Position numbers and translations under genes: made by a program. This document shows positions 18,737 to 28,488 of a DNA stretch of 35,230 nt, in pieces. Location of the stretch: assembly GCA_964248365.1 (NCBI GenBank), contig CAXTYC010000045.1, forward strand, positions 1 to 35,230. The letters are read 5' to 3'. Under the pieces are notes generated by a model. It made no database searches. It saw only the letters and a list, made by a program, of their open reading frames with translations, and was not told where the DNA came from. Origin of the DNA: an uncultured Chroococcidiopsis sp. (lineage in GTDB: Bacteria > Cyanobacteriota > Cyanobacteriia > Cyanobacteriales > Chroococcidiopsidaceae). Every line of letters starts with the position of its first letter. Position 1 is the first letter of the stretch.

Positions 18737-18989
18737 AATTTAGGGGGAACAGTCGCTTTACCTGGCATTTGCGCGTTTCTACTTTAGCTTCTTCGGTGAT
18801 GGTTTTGCCTAAAATTAGTACTTATGACGATCATACATCTACCAAGAGATATATTTTACTCTGCTAATAGAGCTAGATGTATTTTAGGGAAAAATAGCGC
18901 GAAGGACGAGATGTTCCGAGCGTCGGAACTGGGTAAGAGAGAATGAAAAAATTAGTTTGTTCTATCTATGGTATGTATCAGTGGAAACA

Positions 18990-19019
18990 TTGCTGCAAAT
19001 AATCAACCCATGTTATGCT
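18990..19019 (+). promoter_or_regulatory. Putative promoter of the riboswitch-ABC operon
   Basis: TTGCTG-N18-TATGCT with an extended TG, about 20 nt before the riboswitch. Confidence 0.45.
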
Positions 19020-19039
19020 TTGGCTTAAATTAGAGTAAG

Positions 19040-19370
19040 TCAGCCTAATCTGGTATCTCACCTAAACAGCAGTATCGCAACTTAATAGTTTTAATCAGGT
19101 GAGACTAGAACGGAGGAACCAACTTTGGGGCGCGTCTTGAAAAAGGGGAAAGGCTAAAGGTTAAAGGGTAAAGGGTAAAGGTTAAAGGGGAAAGGGGAAA
19201 GGGACTCGGGACGCGGGAAAGAATTAAATATTCTGTCTTTTGTCTCCTGTCTCCTTGAGACTTCATCCTTGAGACTTCATCCTTGAGACTTCATCCTTCA
19301 GACTTCACCCTTGATCGGAGGGACATCTCTCAGTCCTAGCCCGTCAGCTAACTTCGTCGGCATTGAGAGG
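19040..19370 (+). promoter_or_regulatory. Cyclic di-AMP (ydaO/yuaA) riboswitch interrupted by a repeat cassette
   Basis: 5' half GCCTAATC..stem..ACGGAGGAACC.ACTTTGGGGC; 3' half GGGAC-ATCTCTCA-GTCCTAGCCCGTCAGCTAACTTCGTCGGC. ACGGAG (19110-15) pairs with CTTCGT (19352-57); loop CTCTCA (19327-32) pairs with TGAGAG (19364-69) as a pseudoknot. Confidence 0.88.
19141..19312. repeat. Repeat cassette inside the riboswitch
   Basis: (AAAGGGT/AAAGGGG)n, an ATTAAATATT core, (TGTCTCC)n and about 4 copies of the 14-mer CCTTGAGACTTCAT. Confidence 0.85.
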
Positions 19371-19476
19371 AGACTGAAGAGTCAGCATTCTTAGTAATGT
19401 TTGGATCTCATCAGTGTTCCTGGCTGGTACTGCTCAATTTTTGTTGTACCTGCTATCGACTCGCCAGGAGTATCAC

Positions 19477-20328
19477 ATGATATTTCAACTGAATCTTGCT
19501 GCCCTTGCGGTAGCTGGTCAGGTTGCTTGGAAAAGGGCTAGACCAATCTTACTGCGGGATGTAGTTTTACTACCATGCGCGGGTTTTTTGGGAATTATTA
19601 TACTGTGGTGGCTGGTTGCCCTTGCCAACCATGATGTGATGCCTACCCCACCAGAAGCACTGGTCGCTAATTTAGATTACATCCTCAATCCGTTCTATCG
19701 TAGAGGACCTGGTGATTTAGGGCTAGGTTGGTTACTTCTAGCAAGTCTGCGACGGGTGTTACTGGGATTTTTACTAGGTGCTGTGGTAGCAATTCCGGTA
19801 GGTTTTCTGATCGGTATGTCCAGACAAGCAATGTTGGCACTCAATCCGATTATTCAAATTTTCAAGCCAGTATCGCCCCTAGCTTGGTTGCCCATTGCCT
19901 TAGCTATCTTCAACTTGGCAGATCCATCAGCGATTTTTGTTATCTTCATCACTTCTTTGTGGGCGACGATTATTAATACAGCCCTTGGTGTTTCCAGCGT
20001 TTCCAAAGACTATATTGATGTAGCAAGAGTGCTAGAAATGCCTCGTTGGAGACAAATTACTAAGATTATCTTGCCAGCAAGTTTGCCTTATATTTTCACG
20101 GGCTTACGGATTAGTTTGGGGATTGCTTGGCTAGTGATCGTTGCCGTTGAAATGCTGACTGGTGGAATTGGCATCGGCTTTTTTGTCTGGGATGAATGGA
20201 GCCGTTTAAACCTGAGTTCTGTATTCTTAGCAGTGCTGGTAATTGGATTAACAGGGCTATTGCTCGACTTTGCAGTTGCTCAAATCGAGTCATTTGTAAC
20301 TCACCGCCGCGTTGCACAGAGGGGCTAG
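19477..20328 (+). CDS. NrtB/CmpB-like ABC transporter permease
   Basis: PVSPLAWLPIAL, ILPASLPYIFTGLRISLGIAWLVIVAVEM; ATG 19477 preceded by the RBS AGGAG. Confidence 0.92.
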   Translation: MIFQLNLAALAVAGQVAWKRARPILLRDVVLLPCAGFLGIIILWWLVALANHDVMPTPPEALVANLDYILNPFYRRGPGDLGLGWLLLASLRRVLLGFLLGAVVAIPVGFLIGMSRQAMLALNPIIQIFKPVSPLAWLPIALAIFNLADPSAIFVIFITSLWATIINTALGVSSVSKDYIDVARVLEMPRWRQITKIILPASLPYIFTGLRISLGIAWLVIVAVEMLTGGIGIGFFVWDEWSRLNLSSVFLAVLVIGLTGLLLDFAVAQIESFVTHRRVAQRG

Positions 20329-20347
20329 GGGCTAGCCCAGCGCGTGA

Positions 20348-20467
<120 letters not shown>

Positions 20468-20492
20468 TTCTTGGTAGCTCAGAGAAAAAACT

Positions 20493-21899
20493 ATGAGTGA
20501 TAGCACAAACTGGACACGACGCAAATTTATAGAGGGCGTGGGAGCAACGGCAGCTGGAATGGCATTTTCTGGCTGTGCAATTAGTGGTGACAGATCGGCT
20601 TCAGGATTAACCGCCCAAGCCGCCGCAGTAGAACCAGTCGTAGATCCCAAAACCCTAGAAAAACCCAATATTACAGTGGGGTATGTGCCAGTAAATGACT
20701 GCGCCCCGTTTGCGATCGCTTGGCAGAAAGGATTTTTCCGCAAATATGGGCTGAATGTCAAACTTGTACGGGAGGCTAGCTGGGCAACTTCGCGCGACGG
20801 TATTATCTTCGGTCGCACAGATGCAGCCCCCGTTGTCTGCGGGGCTGTCACCAACGCCAGAACTGGCGCTGAAGGCGCACGTCATGCCCCCTTATGTGCG
20901 GCAATGACAATTCACCGTCATGGCAATGCTATGACGATGAACCGAGCAATGTGGGAATCAGGCTTGCGTCCTTGGCATGAATACAACGGCGATCTAGAAG
21001 CGTTTGGGCATGATTTTAGGAGCTACTTTGATAACCTGCAACCAGAAAAAAGAGTTTGGGCAGTGGTGTTAAGTTCTGCTATCTATGAATACTTTGTCCG
21101 CTACTTATCTGCTGCTGCGGGTGTCGATCCGCAGCAAGAGTTTCGGGTGATTATCATTCCACCGCCCCAGATGGTGACAAATGTGCGAATTGGGGCAATG
21201 CAAGCATACATGGTAGCGGAACCTTGGAATACACGGGCAATTACTGGCAATGAAGGTGTGGGTTTTACTTTTGCTCAGGGTAGAGAAATTTGGCAAGGAC
21301 ACCCAGATAGGTTATTGGGAGTGATGCAAAGTTTTATTGAAAACTATCCTAAGACATATCGTTCTTTGGTCAAAGCGATGATTGAAGCGTGTCAGTATTG
21401 CAGCAAACAAGAAAATCGGGAAGAAGTTGCTAAACTGATTTCCCAGCGATCGTTTACTGCTGCTAAACCCAAGTTTACTCGACCTGGGATTGTGGGGGAA
21501 TACAACTATGGTGGCTTTGATGGCAAAAAACGAATTGTGCGATCGCTCGATACGACCATTTTCTTCGACCTTCCACCTAACGAAGCCAAAATACCAAATG
21601 ACCACTCAACATTTTTATGGCAATCCGAAAGTATTTGGTTAATGACACAATCAGCTCGTTGGGGACAAATTCGAGAAATCCCCAAAAATGCTGAAGCACT
21701 AGCTCGTCAGGCATGGAGAACTGACCTTTATCGAGAGATTGCGAATGAAATGGGTATTGAATGCCCCAAGGAAGATTACAAGATTGAACCAGCAGAAGTA
21801 TTCATTGATAAAAAAGCTTTTGACCCCAGCGATCCAGTTGGCTATCTCAACGGTTTTGAAATCAGAGCAAATCGTCCTAAATCTTTCTTCTTATCATGA
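20493..21899 (+). CDS. CmpA/NrtA-family ABC substrate-binding lipoprotein (Tat signal)
   Basis: TRRKFI twin-arginine signal and FSGC lipobox; GYVPVNDCAPFAIA, IPPPQMV, VAEPWN, WQGHP motifs. Confidence 0.92.
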   Translation: MSDSTNWTRRKFIEGVGATAAGMAFSGCAISGDRSASGLTAQAAAVEPVVDPKTLEKPNITVGYVPVNDCAPFAIAWQKGFFRKYGLNVKLVREASWATSRDGIIFGRTDAAPVVCGAVTNARTGAEGARHAPLCAAMTIHRHGNAMTMNRAMWESGLRPWHEYNGDLEAFGHDFRSYFDNLQPEKRVWAVVLSSAIYEYFVRYLSAAAGVDPQQEFRVIIIPPPQMVTNVRIGAMQAYMVAEPWNTRAITGNEGVGFTFAQGREIWQGHPDRLLGVMQSFIENYPKTYRSLVKAMIEACQYCSKQENREEVAKLISQRSFTAAKPKFTRPGIVGEYNYGGFDGKKRIVRSLDTTIFFDLPPNEAKIPNDHSTFLWQSESIWLMTQSARWGQIREIPKNAEALARQAWRTDLYREIANEMGIECPKEDYKIEPAEVFIDKKAFDPSDPVGYLNGFEIRANRPKSFFLS

Positions 21900-22033
21900 T
21901 TAGTTTGGCTCAGGTAACGCTGGTAATTGGATAAAAATCATGAATTGGAAATTCTAAAACACCTTGTTTTAGTAATGATTAACAATCCTGTATTAACCTA
22001 TACCAAAAAAAGTGATTAAATGGAGTTAAAATT

Positions 22034-22873
22034 ATGAATAAATATACTAGTTTTACTACTGCTCATAATCAGATAGATTTGAGCCGTACTGGATTTTTGG
22101 AAATTGAAAATCTAGTCAAATCCTATCCAAACCCCAACGGTGATGAGTTTGTTATTCTTGATGGAATTAATCTTACTATTGGTGAAAATGAATTTATTTC
22201 TATAATCGGTCACTCTGGTTGTGGAAAATCAACACTGCTTAAGATTGTGGCAGGTTTAGAAAAAGCAACTTCTGGGTCAGTAAGACTTGATGGCAAAGAA
22301 ATCCGAAAACCAGGAGCAGAGCGGATGATGGTATTTCAACACTATTCCCTCTTGCCTTGGCTAACAGTACGTGAAAATATCCGGCTAGCCGTTGACGAAG
22401 TACTGAAAAAAGCTACGAGGGCTGAAAAAATTAGCATTGTGAATGAACACCTAGCAATGGTGAATTTGAATGCAGCAGCTGATAAGTATCCTGATGAGAT
22501 TTCTGGAGGAATGAAACAGCGAGTAGGTATTGCTAGAGCCTTGGCAATTCGCCCTAAGATGTTGCTGATGGATGAACCGTTTGGGGCGCTCGATGCCTTA
22601 ACTCGTGGTAAATTACAAAGACAAGTGTTGAATATCTGGGAAAATCATCGACAGGCGGTAATGATGATTACCCATGATGTGGATGAAGCGATTTATATGT
22701 CCGATCGCATTGTTTTAATGACCAATGGACCATCTGCCAAAATTGGGGAAATTTTGGCTGTGCCTTTTGAGCATCCGCGCGATCGCGTCGCTATGCGTAA
22801 CTCCAAAGAATATATGGAACTGCGTAACCACGCCTTGAATTTCCTAGATCGCTATTTCACCCAAGACGAATAG
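22034..22873 (+). CDS. NrtD/CmpD-like ABC ATP-binding subunit
   Basis: GHSGCGKST, ISGGMKQR, LMDEPFGALD, THDVDEA; single domain. Confidence 0.93.
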   Translation: MNKYTSFTTAHNQIDLSRTGFLEIENLVKSYPNPNGDEFVILDGINLTIGENEFISIIGHSGCGKSTLLKIVAGLEKATSGSVRLDGKEIRKPGAERMMVFQHYSLLPWLTVRENIRLAVDEVLKKATRAEKISIVNEHLAMVNLNAAADKYPDEISGGMKQRVGIARALAIRPKMLLMDEPFGALDALTRGKLQRQVLNIWENHRQAVMMITHDVDEAIYMSDRIVLMTNGPSAKIGEILAVPFEHPRDRVAMRNSKEYMELRNHALNFLDRYFTQDE

Positions 22874-22928
22874 CATGATAATTCGTAATTCGTAATTTGT
22901 AATTAATCCTTACACATTTCATTTAAGA

Positions 22929-23597
22929 GTGGTTAAAGCCGTGAATATCAAGTCAATATTAGCTCGTCTGCAAGATGTCGTAGGTAGTCAAGAAATAATT
23001 AATCAAATGGTATTGCTACCAGAACCAGCAACACACAATGTTGAGCGGGATAAATCTACTCAATCAATTAATTTAGTTGTAGGTTATAACAGTTCACCCA
23101 AAAGTCAAACAGCTTTAGACATCACTTTGTTAATAGCTCATCAAACACGTTTAGCTACCCAAAAACAAGTCACAGTTCATGTAGTTTACGTCTTAGATGA
23201 CAATCAAAGTTTTCCGGTTTTAAATGTCTATAACTCTTTTTATGCCAGTAGCTCATCACTTGTTTGTAACTTAGAGTCTTCGACTGCATTTAGGTGTACT
23301 ACATCCGTTTTAACTCAACCCACAACTGAAACACTAGCTGCACTTACACCGCTAAAATCAGTAGATTTATTCGAGCAAGCAGACCGGATTTTATGGCAAG
23401 CAAGGTGTTTAGCTGAAGAATGGAAAGGTACATTCGTCGCCCATCTGCGGTTTGGTAGCAAGGCTACCCAATTACGCTCTGTTGTCGAGTCAGAAGCGGC
23501 GGATTTACTCTTGCTAGGCTGTAGTTCTTGCGATCATCCAGTTGTCCAGCAATTAGGTACTAATTTCCCCTGTCCCCTTCTGGGTATTCCAATATGA
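22929..23597 (+). CDS. Universal stress protein-like
   Basis: LVVGYNSSPKSQTALD...VHVVYV and ADLLLLG...CPLLGIP USP-fold strands; alternative GTG start at 22941. Confidence 0.7.
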   Translation: MVKAVNIKSILARLQDVVGSQEIINQMVLLPEPATHNVERDKSTQSINLVVGYNSSPKSQTALDITLLIAHQTRLATQKQVTVHVVYVLDDNQSFPVLNVYNSFYASSSSLVCNLESSTAFRCTTSVLTQPTTETLAALTPLKSVDLFEQADRILWQARCLAEEWKGTFVAHLRFGSKATQLRSVVESEAADLLLLGCSSCDHPVVQQLGTNFPCPLLGIPI

Positions 23598-23796
23598 GGG
23601 ACTTTGGCGCAGGGGCGCTCTTGCGAGAGGCGCTCTTGCGAGAGGCGAAAGGCTAGGGAATTTTGGAGACTATGGATTTTGGATTATAGTTTCTCCTCTA
23701 CCCCTGGAACCCCCTAGCCCCTATCCTCCAGCCCCTTTTATCCTACTTGCGATCTAAGAGTCGCCAGAGATAGAGTCTTAATGCCACAATTAGGGT

Positions 23797-24564
23797 ATGG
23801 ATTGGCAAGAAATTTCTGGTAACTGGGTTTTAATTCCCCCGCGTCCTGTCGGGATTATACATTTCCTTGGGGGTGCTTTTGTGGCAACACTACCCCACCT
23901 AACCTACCGTTGGTTATTAGAACAACTGGCAGAGCAAAATTATGCTGTTGTCGCCACACCTTTTGTGAATACTCTAGATCATACAGCGATCGCGCGGTCA
24001 GTATTAAATAGTTTTGAAAATGCGATCGCCACGAGCCAAGCAAGAGGTATGTTAAGCCGAGGCTATCTCCCCGTCTACGGACTAGGGCATAGTATGGGTT
24101 GCAAACTCCATTTGCTAATTGGTAGCCTCTTTACCGTCGAACGTGCAGGTAATATCCTGATTTCTTTTAATAACTACGCCGCACGAGAGGCTATTCCCCT
24201 AGTCCAGCAATTCAATCCCACCTTTGCTGTGGAATTTACGCCCGATCCCTTGGAAACCAAAACTCTGATCGAAACTCGCTATGAAGTTCGCCGCAACTTG
24301 ATTGTTAAATTTACCGACGACACCATCGATCAATCTAAAGTCTTGGTTGAGTTGTTGCAACAACGTTTTCCTGGGATGGTGACACCAAAAACCCTGAAGG
24401 GAACTCATACCACACCTTTGGGTCAAGATGTCAAGTGGCAAACTGGCTCATCTTTTACACCCATTGATGCTGTAGGTCAGTGGTTTAAGCAGGAATTTTA
24501 CCGAGATTTGAAGGATCTTAAAAAGACTATTCTGACGTGGTTAAATCCCATGTCTATGCTTTAA
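23797..24564 (+). CDS. DUF1350-family alpha/beta hydrolase
   Basis: IHFLGGAFV, nucleophile elbow GHSMG, EFTP, G.H.TP. Confidence 0.85.
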   Translation: MDWQEISGNWVLIPPRPVGIIHFLGGAFVATLPHLTYRWLLEQLAEQNYAVVATPFVNTLDHTAIARSVLNSFENAIATSQARGMLSRGYLPVYGLGHSMGCKLHLLIGSLFTVERAGNILISFNNYAAREAIPLVQQFNPTFAVEFTPDPLETKTLIETRYEVRRNLIVKFTDDTIDQSKVLVELLQQRFPGMVTPKTLKGTHTTPLGQDVKWQTGSSFTPIDAVGQWFKQEFYRDLKDLKKTILTWLNPMSML

Positions 24565-24674
24565 ACCAATTATCAATTAACAATTATCAATTATCAGTTA
24601 CCCCCACTGTTTACCGACACCTGAAGGTAAATAGTAGGAAGTAAAAACTTGAATTTTTGAAACACAACAGGAGG

Positions 24675-24722
24675 TAACTGGTAACTGGTAACTGCTCGCT
24701 GGTAACTGCTCGCTGGTAACTG
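24675..24722. repeat. Heptamer repeats (GGTAACT)
   Basis: Directly visible tandem repeat. Confidence 0.65.
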
Positions 24723-24745
24723 TTATTGAAGTAAGTTAAATCAAG

Positions 24746-25336
24746 ATGATTCAACAAGTAGAAACTCAATTTCAAGACCGTTGTATCACTCTTTATGCTG
24801 TGAGTTGGGATAAGTTTGAAGCGATCGCCTCTTTATTAGAAGACTACCCAGTATGCCTGACTTACTTAGATGGAACCCTAGACATAATGACACCCTCACC
24901 AGAACATGAAAAATCGAAAACAACTATCGGCTACTTATTAGAGATCTATCTGCGATTTTTAGGTATTCGTTTTTATGGTACGGGTGGTTATACATTAGGA
25001 AGTCGAGAGGAAAGAGTTAGAGGAGAGCCTGACGAGTCATATAATCTAGAAACTGAAAAGGATATCCCCGATATTGCAATTGAAGTAGTTATCACCAGTG
25101 GTGGTGTAGACAAGTTAGAAAAATATAGACGCTGGGGTGTACCTGAAGTATGGTTTTATCAAGACAGGCAACTTTTTATTTATCATCTGCGCTCTACTGG
25201 TTATGAACAAGTAACTAGAAGCGAGTTTTTGCCAGAATTAAACCTAGATTTATTTGTTCAATGCCTAAATATGCCCGATCAATATGATGCAACAGTTGCT
25301 TTTTTAGAAGCATTAAAGCAACAAAGTAATTCGTAA
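24746..25336 (+). CDS. Uma2 (DUF820) family putative endonuclease
   Basis: IMTPSPEHE, EPDESY, PDIAIEV, KLEKYRRWGVPEVW. Confidence 0.92.
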   Translation: MIQQVETQFQDRCITLYAVSWDKFEAIASLLEDYPVCLTYLDGTLDIMTPSPEHEKSKTTIGYLLEIYLRFLGIRFYGTGGYTLGSREERVRGEPDESYNLETEKDIPDIAIEVVITSGGVDKLEKYRRWGVPEVWFYQDRQLFIYHLRSTGYEQVTRSEFLPELNLDLFVQCLNMPDQYDATVAFLEALKQQSNS

Positions 25337-25422
25337 TTTTCTCGTTTCTAGGCTGAGCCTAGTAACAAGAATATTATTCATCATTTCCCTAGCCCCCAGC
25401 CTCCAGTCTCTAGCCCCTAAAA

Positions 25423-26139
25423 CTACCAGTCAATAGGCTGGCGATCGCGGAAAAATCCGCTTGTGGGTCCATTATCGGGCAAAGTAGCCAGCCATACAAT
25501 TGTATCTACTCCTTGCTCTGGTGTTCTGGGCGCATTTTCCCCACCCATATCAGTTTTTACCCAGCCAGGACAGACAGCATTCACTAAGATATTTGTGCCT
25601 TTTAATTCATTGGCAACAATCCGTGTTACTGCATTCAAGGCTGTTTTGGAAATTCGATAGCTGGGGTATCCAGTATTCATGTCATGTAATTGCCCAGCAC
25701 CAGAGGATACATTTACCACTCTGCCATAGTTATGCTCTTTCATCAGTGGAACCAAAGCCTGACACAGCACTAAGGAACCGAATGTGTTTGTTTCGAGTGT
25801 TTTGTGCAAGGTGCTAATCTTTAGGTTAAACACACTGCCATCTGATTCTGAATAATCTAGCAGCACACCCGCATTATTCACTAATATATCCAACCGCCCA
25901 ATGCGATCGCGGATGACTTTGGCGAGGAGATCGCATCTTTCGGCACTAGTAACATCCAGGGGATAACTAATCACATCCAACCCTTCAGCTTGCAATTTCT
26001 CTGCCGCCGCTTTTCCCTTGGCTTTATCCCGACTAGTAAGAATTACCTTGATGTCTTTTTTTGCCAGTTGACGACAAGCTTCAAACCCTAATCCCCGATT
26101 TGCCCCTGTAACAAGTGCTACTTTTTTATCTTCACTCAT
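25423..26139 (-). CDS. Short-chain dehydrogenase (carbonyl-reductase-like)
   Basis: TGANRGLG, NNAG, VNVSS, YRISK, CPGWVKTDMGG. Confidence 0.93.
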   Translation of the reverse strand: MSEDKKVALVTGANRGLGFEACRQLAKKDIKVILTSRDKAKGKAAAEKLQAEGLDVISYPLDVTSAERCDLLAKVIRDRIGRLDILVNNAGVLLDYSESDGSVFNLKISTLHKTLETNTFGSLVLCQALVPLMKEHNYGRVVNVSSGAGQLHDMNTGYPSYRISKTALNAVTRIVANELKGTNILVNAVCPGWVKTDMGGENAPRTPEQGVDTIVWLATLPDNGPTSGFFRDRQPIDW

Positions 26140-26172
26140 TGTCTTTATCCTTATCCTTTGCCTATAGGCGTA

Positions 26173-26430
26173 TTAATCACTGTGTTTCCAATCTTCGGTG
26201 AAATCTTCTGCTTCAGAGTAAACGGTGTTTCCTAAAAATTCTTCTAATGCCTTCAATGCTTGATCCTGGCTTTGAACATCTTCCTCACTTTTCCAAAACA
26301 GATCTTCAAATGAGTACGCCCTGACTAAGGAACGAGTTTCTTCATCCCAGCCAATCTCTACATCATTTTCTTGAATTACCCAGGTATTTATGTATGGATA
26401 AGTTTCTTCATATGGGTTGAAAATCTTCAT
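26173..26430 (-). CDS. Small acidic hypothetical protein
   Basis: 85-aa ORF with RBS GAGG; YPYI..WV...VEIG.D...S.VRA pattern; same strand as its neighbours. Confidence 0.65.
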   Translation of the reverse strand: MKIFNPYEETYPYINTWVIQENDVEIGWDEETRSLVRAYSFEDLFWKSEEDVQSQDQALKALEEFLGNTVYSEAEDFTEDWKHSD

Positions 26431-26467
26431 TTATACCTCAATTTTTCGGGTTTAAACAAATAGTATA

Positions 26468-26531
26468 GTAGGGGTGGATTTACTAAAAAATTTGATTTCT
26501 AACTAACAATATTGATTGAACCCACCCCTAC
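26468..26531. repeat. REP-like GTAG...CTAC inverted repeat
   Basis: GTAGGGGTGG ... CCACCCCTAC perfect 10-bp arms. Confidence 0.65.
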
Positions 26532-26561
26532 TGTATATCCGTGCTTTTCTTGGTGATTCAA

Positions 26562-27611
26562 TTAAACAATTAAATTCAAATCCCCGAATTCATGCCAAAG
26601 ATAATGTTGTTGCACAGCATTTTCGTATGCTTCCCGAATATTCTGTGCTGGTAAGAACGCAGTCAGCAAATCAAGATGGCTAGCTTCCGGCTCATGTAAA
26701 CCAGTTAATAACCCATCCACTGTTTTCAGCTTATGCTTAGCTGTAATGTGCAAGCGAGTGTAACCATGCCCTGCTTCCACCTTACCAGTCTCATCTGCCA
26801 CAGACTCCAACGCCCTTACAACAGTTGTCCCTACAGCAATTACTCGTCCTCCCTGCTGATGTGTTTGGTTAATCTTCTGGGCTGCTTTCTCACTAATAAA
26901 GTATTCTTCCTCCGAAGCCAGGTGCAGGGCATCTAGTTCATCATCCATGTAGGAAGAAAGACCAGTGTGTAATAGAATGTGTGCTGTTTCAACACCCCAG
27001 CGCTTCAGGTCAAAAAGTAGCTTCCAGGTGAAAGCGCGTCCAGCCGAGGGCATCTCTGCTGAACCTGGTTCCTTAGCATAGACAGTCTGGTAGTAGTCTA
27101 AATCCCAAGGTGCGGAAACATATTCATAGCGGATGGGATGCCCTAGTCGATAGAGCAAATCCATCAGTTCGGTTCCCGATTTGGAAAAGCGCAGCTTCCA
27201 AAGTCTGGGAATATGCTCGTCACGGTCATAAACTTTACCACTCAAACCCTGCCCAAAGTCAATTTCCATCCCAGTTTGCAAACCACAGGAAAAAGGATTG
27301 CCTTGTTGACAAAGTAGCAGTGCTAGCCAAGAATCATCCGGTAAATGTTGTGCTAAACGGACTTGCATACACGATCCATTAGGTACTTCACAACCATCGA
27401 TCGCAGCTGGCAGGGTGCGGCTAGTATTGAAGACTAGTAGATCGCCAGGGCGCAGAAAATGAGCTAAATTATCAAAACGGGTATGTTCAACTTGTTGGGT
27501 AGTGCGATTTATCACCATCAACCGCACTTTATCACGAGCAATACCTCTTCGTTCAGGAGGCTCTTTGGCTGCCAGTTCTGAAGGCAGCTTGAAGGTAAAA
27601 GGAGTGGACAT
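26562..27611 (-). CDS. QueA-like protein (SAM:tRNA ribosyltransferase-isomerase fold, divergent paralog)
   Basis: LPSELAAKEP, PGDLLVFN.S, YQTVYA..PGS, RVIAVGTTVVRALES. Non-canonical PSAGRAFT, TGLHEP and WHEFGD stand where canonical QueA has PTAGLHFT, TNFHLP and FxSYGD. Confidence 0.85.
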   Translation of the reverse strand: MSTPFTFKLPSELAAKEPPERRGIARDKVRLMVINRTTQQVEHTRFDNLAHFLRPGDLLVFNTSRTLPAAIDGCEVPNGSCMQVRLAQHLPDDSWLALLLCQQGNPFSCGLQTGMEIDFGQGLSGKVYDRDEHIPRLWKLRFSKSGTELMDLLYRLGHPIRYEYVSAPWDLDYYQTVYAKEPGSAEMPSAGRAFTWKLLFDLKRWGVETAHILLHTGLSSYMDDELDALHLASEEEYFISEKAAQKINQTHQQGGRVIAVGTTVVRALESVADETGKVEAGHGYTRLHITAKHKLKTVDGLLTGLHEPEASHLDLLTAFLPAQNIREAYENAVQQHYLWHEFGDLNLIV

Positions 27612-27711
27612 ATTATGATTGGTAATCCTAAACAGATAAGGATTAGTAAGGCATCCTAGCCGTCATCAACTGAGCTAGGCTTTGCCATAACGCGCTCTAG
27701 GGAAGCACTAC

Positions 27712-28488
27712 TTATTGGTTTACTGCCATTAGCTGTTGCTTAGCTATTTCTAAACCCCAGTTTTCTTCTTGTGCCTGAAATCTTTGCCCGTTTACTTGCT
27801 GCGATTCATCTGAAGCTAGGTAGATAAAAACTTCAGTCGCATCGGCTGGATCAGCCCATTGGGTTGGATCTTCTTCAGGTTCTGCCGCCCGATGCATAGC
27901 AGTATTCATGTTCCCAGGATCGACCCAATTTACACGCACGTTGGTTTCTTCGAGTTCAGCCGCCCAAGTTTCGGACATCCCTTCAATACCAAACTTCGAG
28001 ATCCCGTATGCTCCCCAGCCTGGATAACCTGTTACCCCAGCATCACTTGTTACATTGATGATGGAGCCACCATTTTCAATCATCGCTGGTAGTGCTTTCT
28101 TGATTAGAAGAAATGGAGCGATCAAATTCGTGTTGATGACATTGCGAAAATCCTCTAGAGGATAGTCGAGCAGGAAAGGCATCGGTGAGGGACCAATAGC
28201 TGATGCATTGTTTACCAGAATGTCCAGTCGACCATTAAATTCATTTAGTGTCGTAGCGACGACGCGCTCGATATCCTCCTGCCGAACTAAATCTGCAACG
28301 ATGCTTAAAACTTGTGTTTGGGGTGCAATTTCTTTCAGGCTCGCGCGTACCTCATTCAACTTCTGTTCACCACGCGCTACGATCGCTATCCCTGCTGCTC
28401 CTTCTTGGGCGTAGGCGATCGCTACCTCTCGTCCCAATCCTTGAGATGCACCTGTGATTAAAGCGTACTTTCCTTGCAGTCTATGCAT
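27712..28488 (-). CDS. Short-chain dehydrogenase/reductase
   Basis: TGASQGLG, NNAS, INVTSDAG, YGISK, DPGNMNT.MH. An in-frame upstream ATG at 28563 also has an RBS. Confidence 0.92.
   Translation of the reverse strand: MHRLQGKYALITGASQGLGREVAIAYAQEGAAGIAIVARGEQKLNEVRASLKEIAPQTQVLSIVADLVRQEDIERVVATTLNEFNGRLDILVNNASAIGPSPMPFLLDYPLEDFRNVINTNLIAPFLLIKKALPAMIENGGSIINVTSDAGVTGYPGWGAYGISKFGIEGMSETWAAELEETNVRVNWVDPGNMNTAMHRAAEPEEDPTQWADPADATEVFIYLASDESQQVNGQRFQAQEENWGLEIAKQQLMAVNQ

Noticed and set aside
18975..18988. GTA-N8-AAC as an NtcA site for the ABC operon
   Set aside because: One half-site mismatched, and spacing to the -10 is 25 nt rather than about 22.
19253..19312. 14-bp direct repeats as a possible CRISPR array
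   Set aside because: Contiguous tandem copies with no spacers, too short, and no cas genes.
19414..19476. GTG start extension of the permease
   Set aside because: Lies in the structured leader; the AGGAG RBS supports ATG 19477.
23606..23646. Short direct repeat GGCGCTCTTGCGAGA x2
   Set aside because: Only two copies; likely a local duplication of a small dispersed repeat.
24746..25336. Uma2 protein as a defence or restriction system
   Set aside because: The family is highly expanded in cyanobacteria, and no methylase or other defence genes are adjacent.
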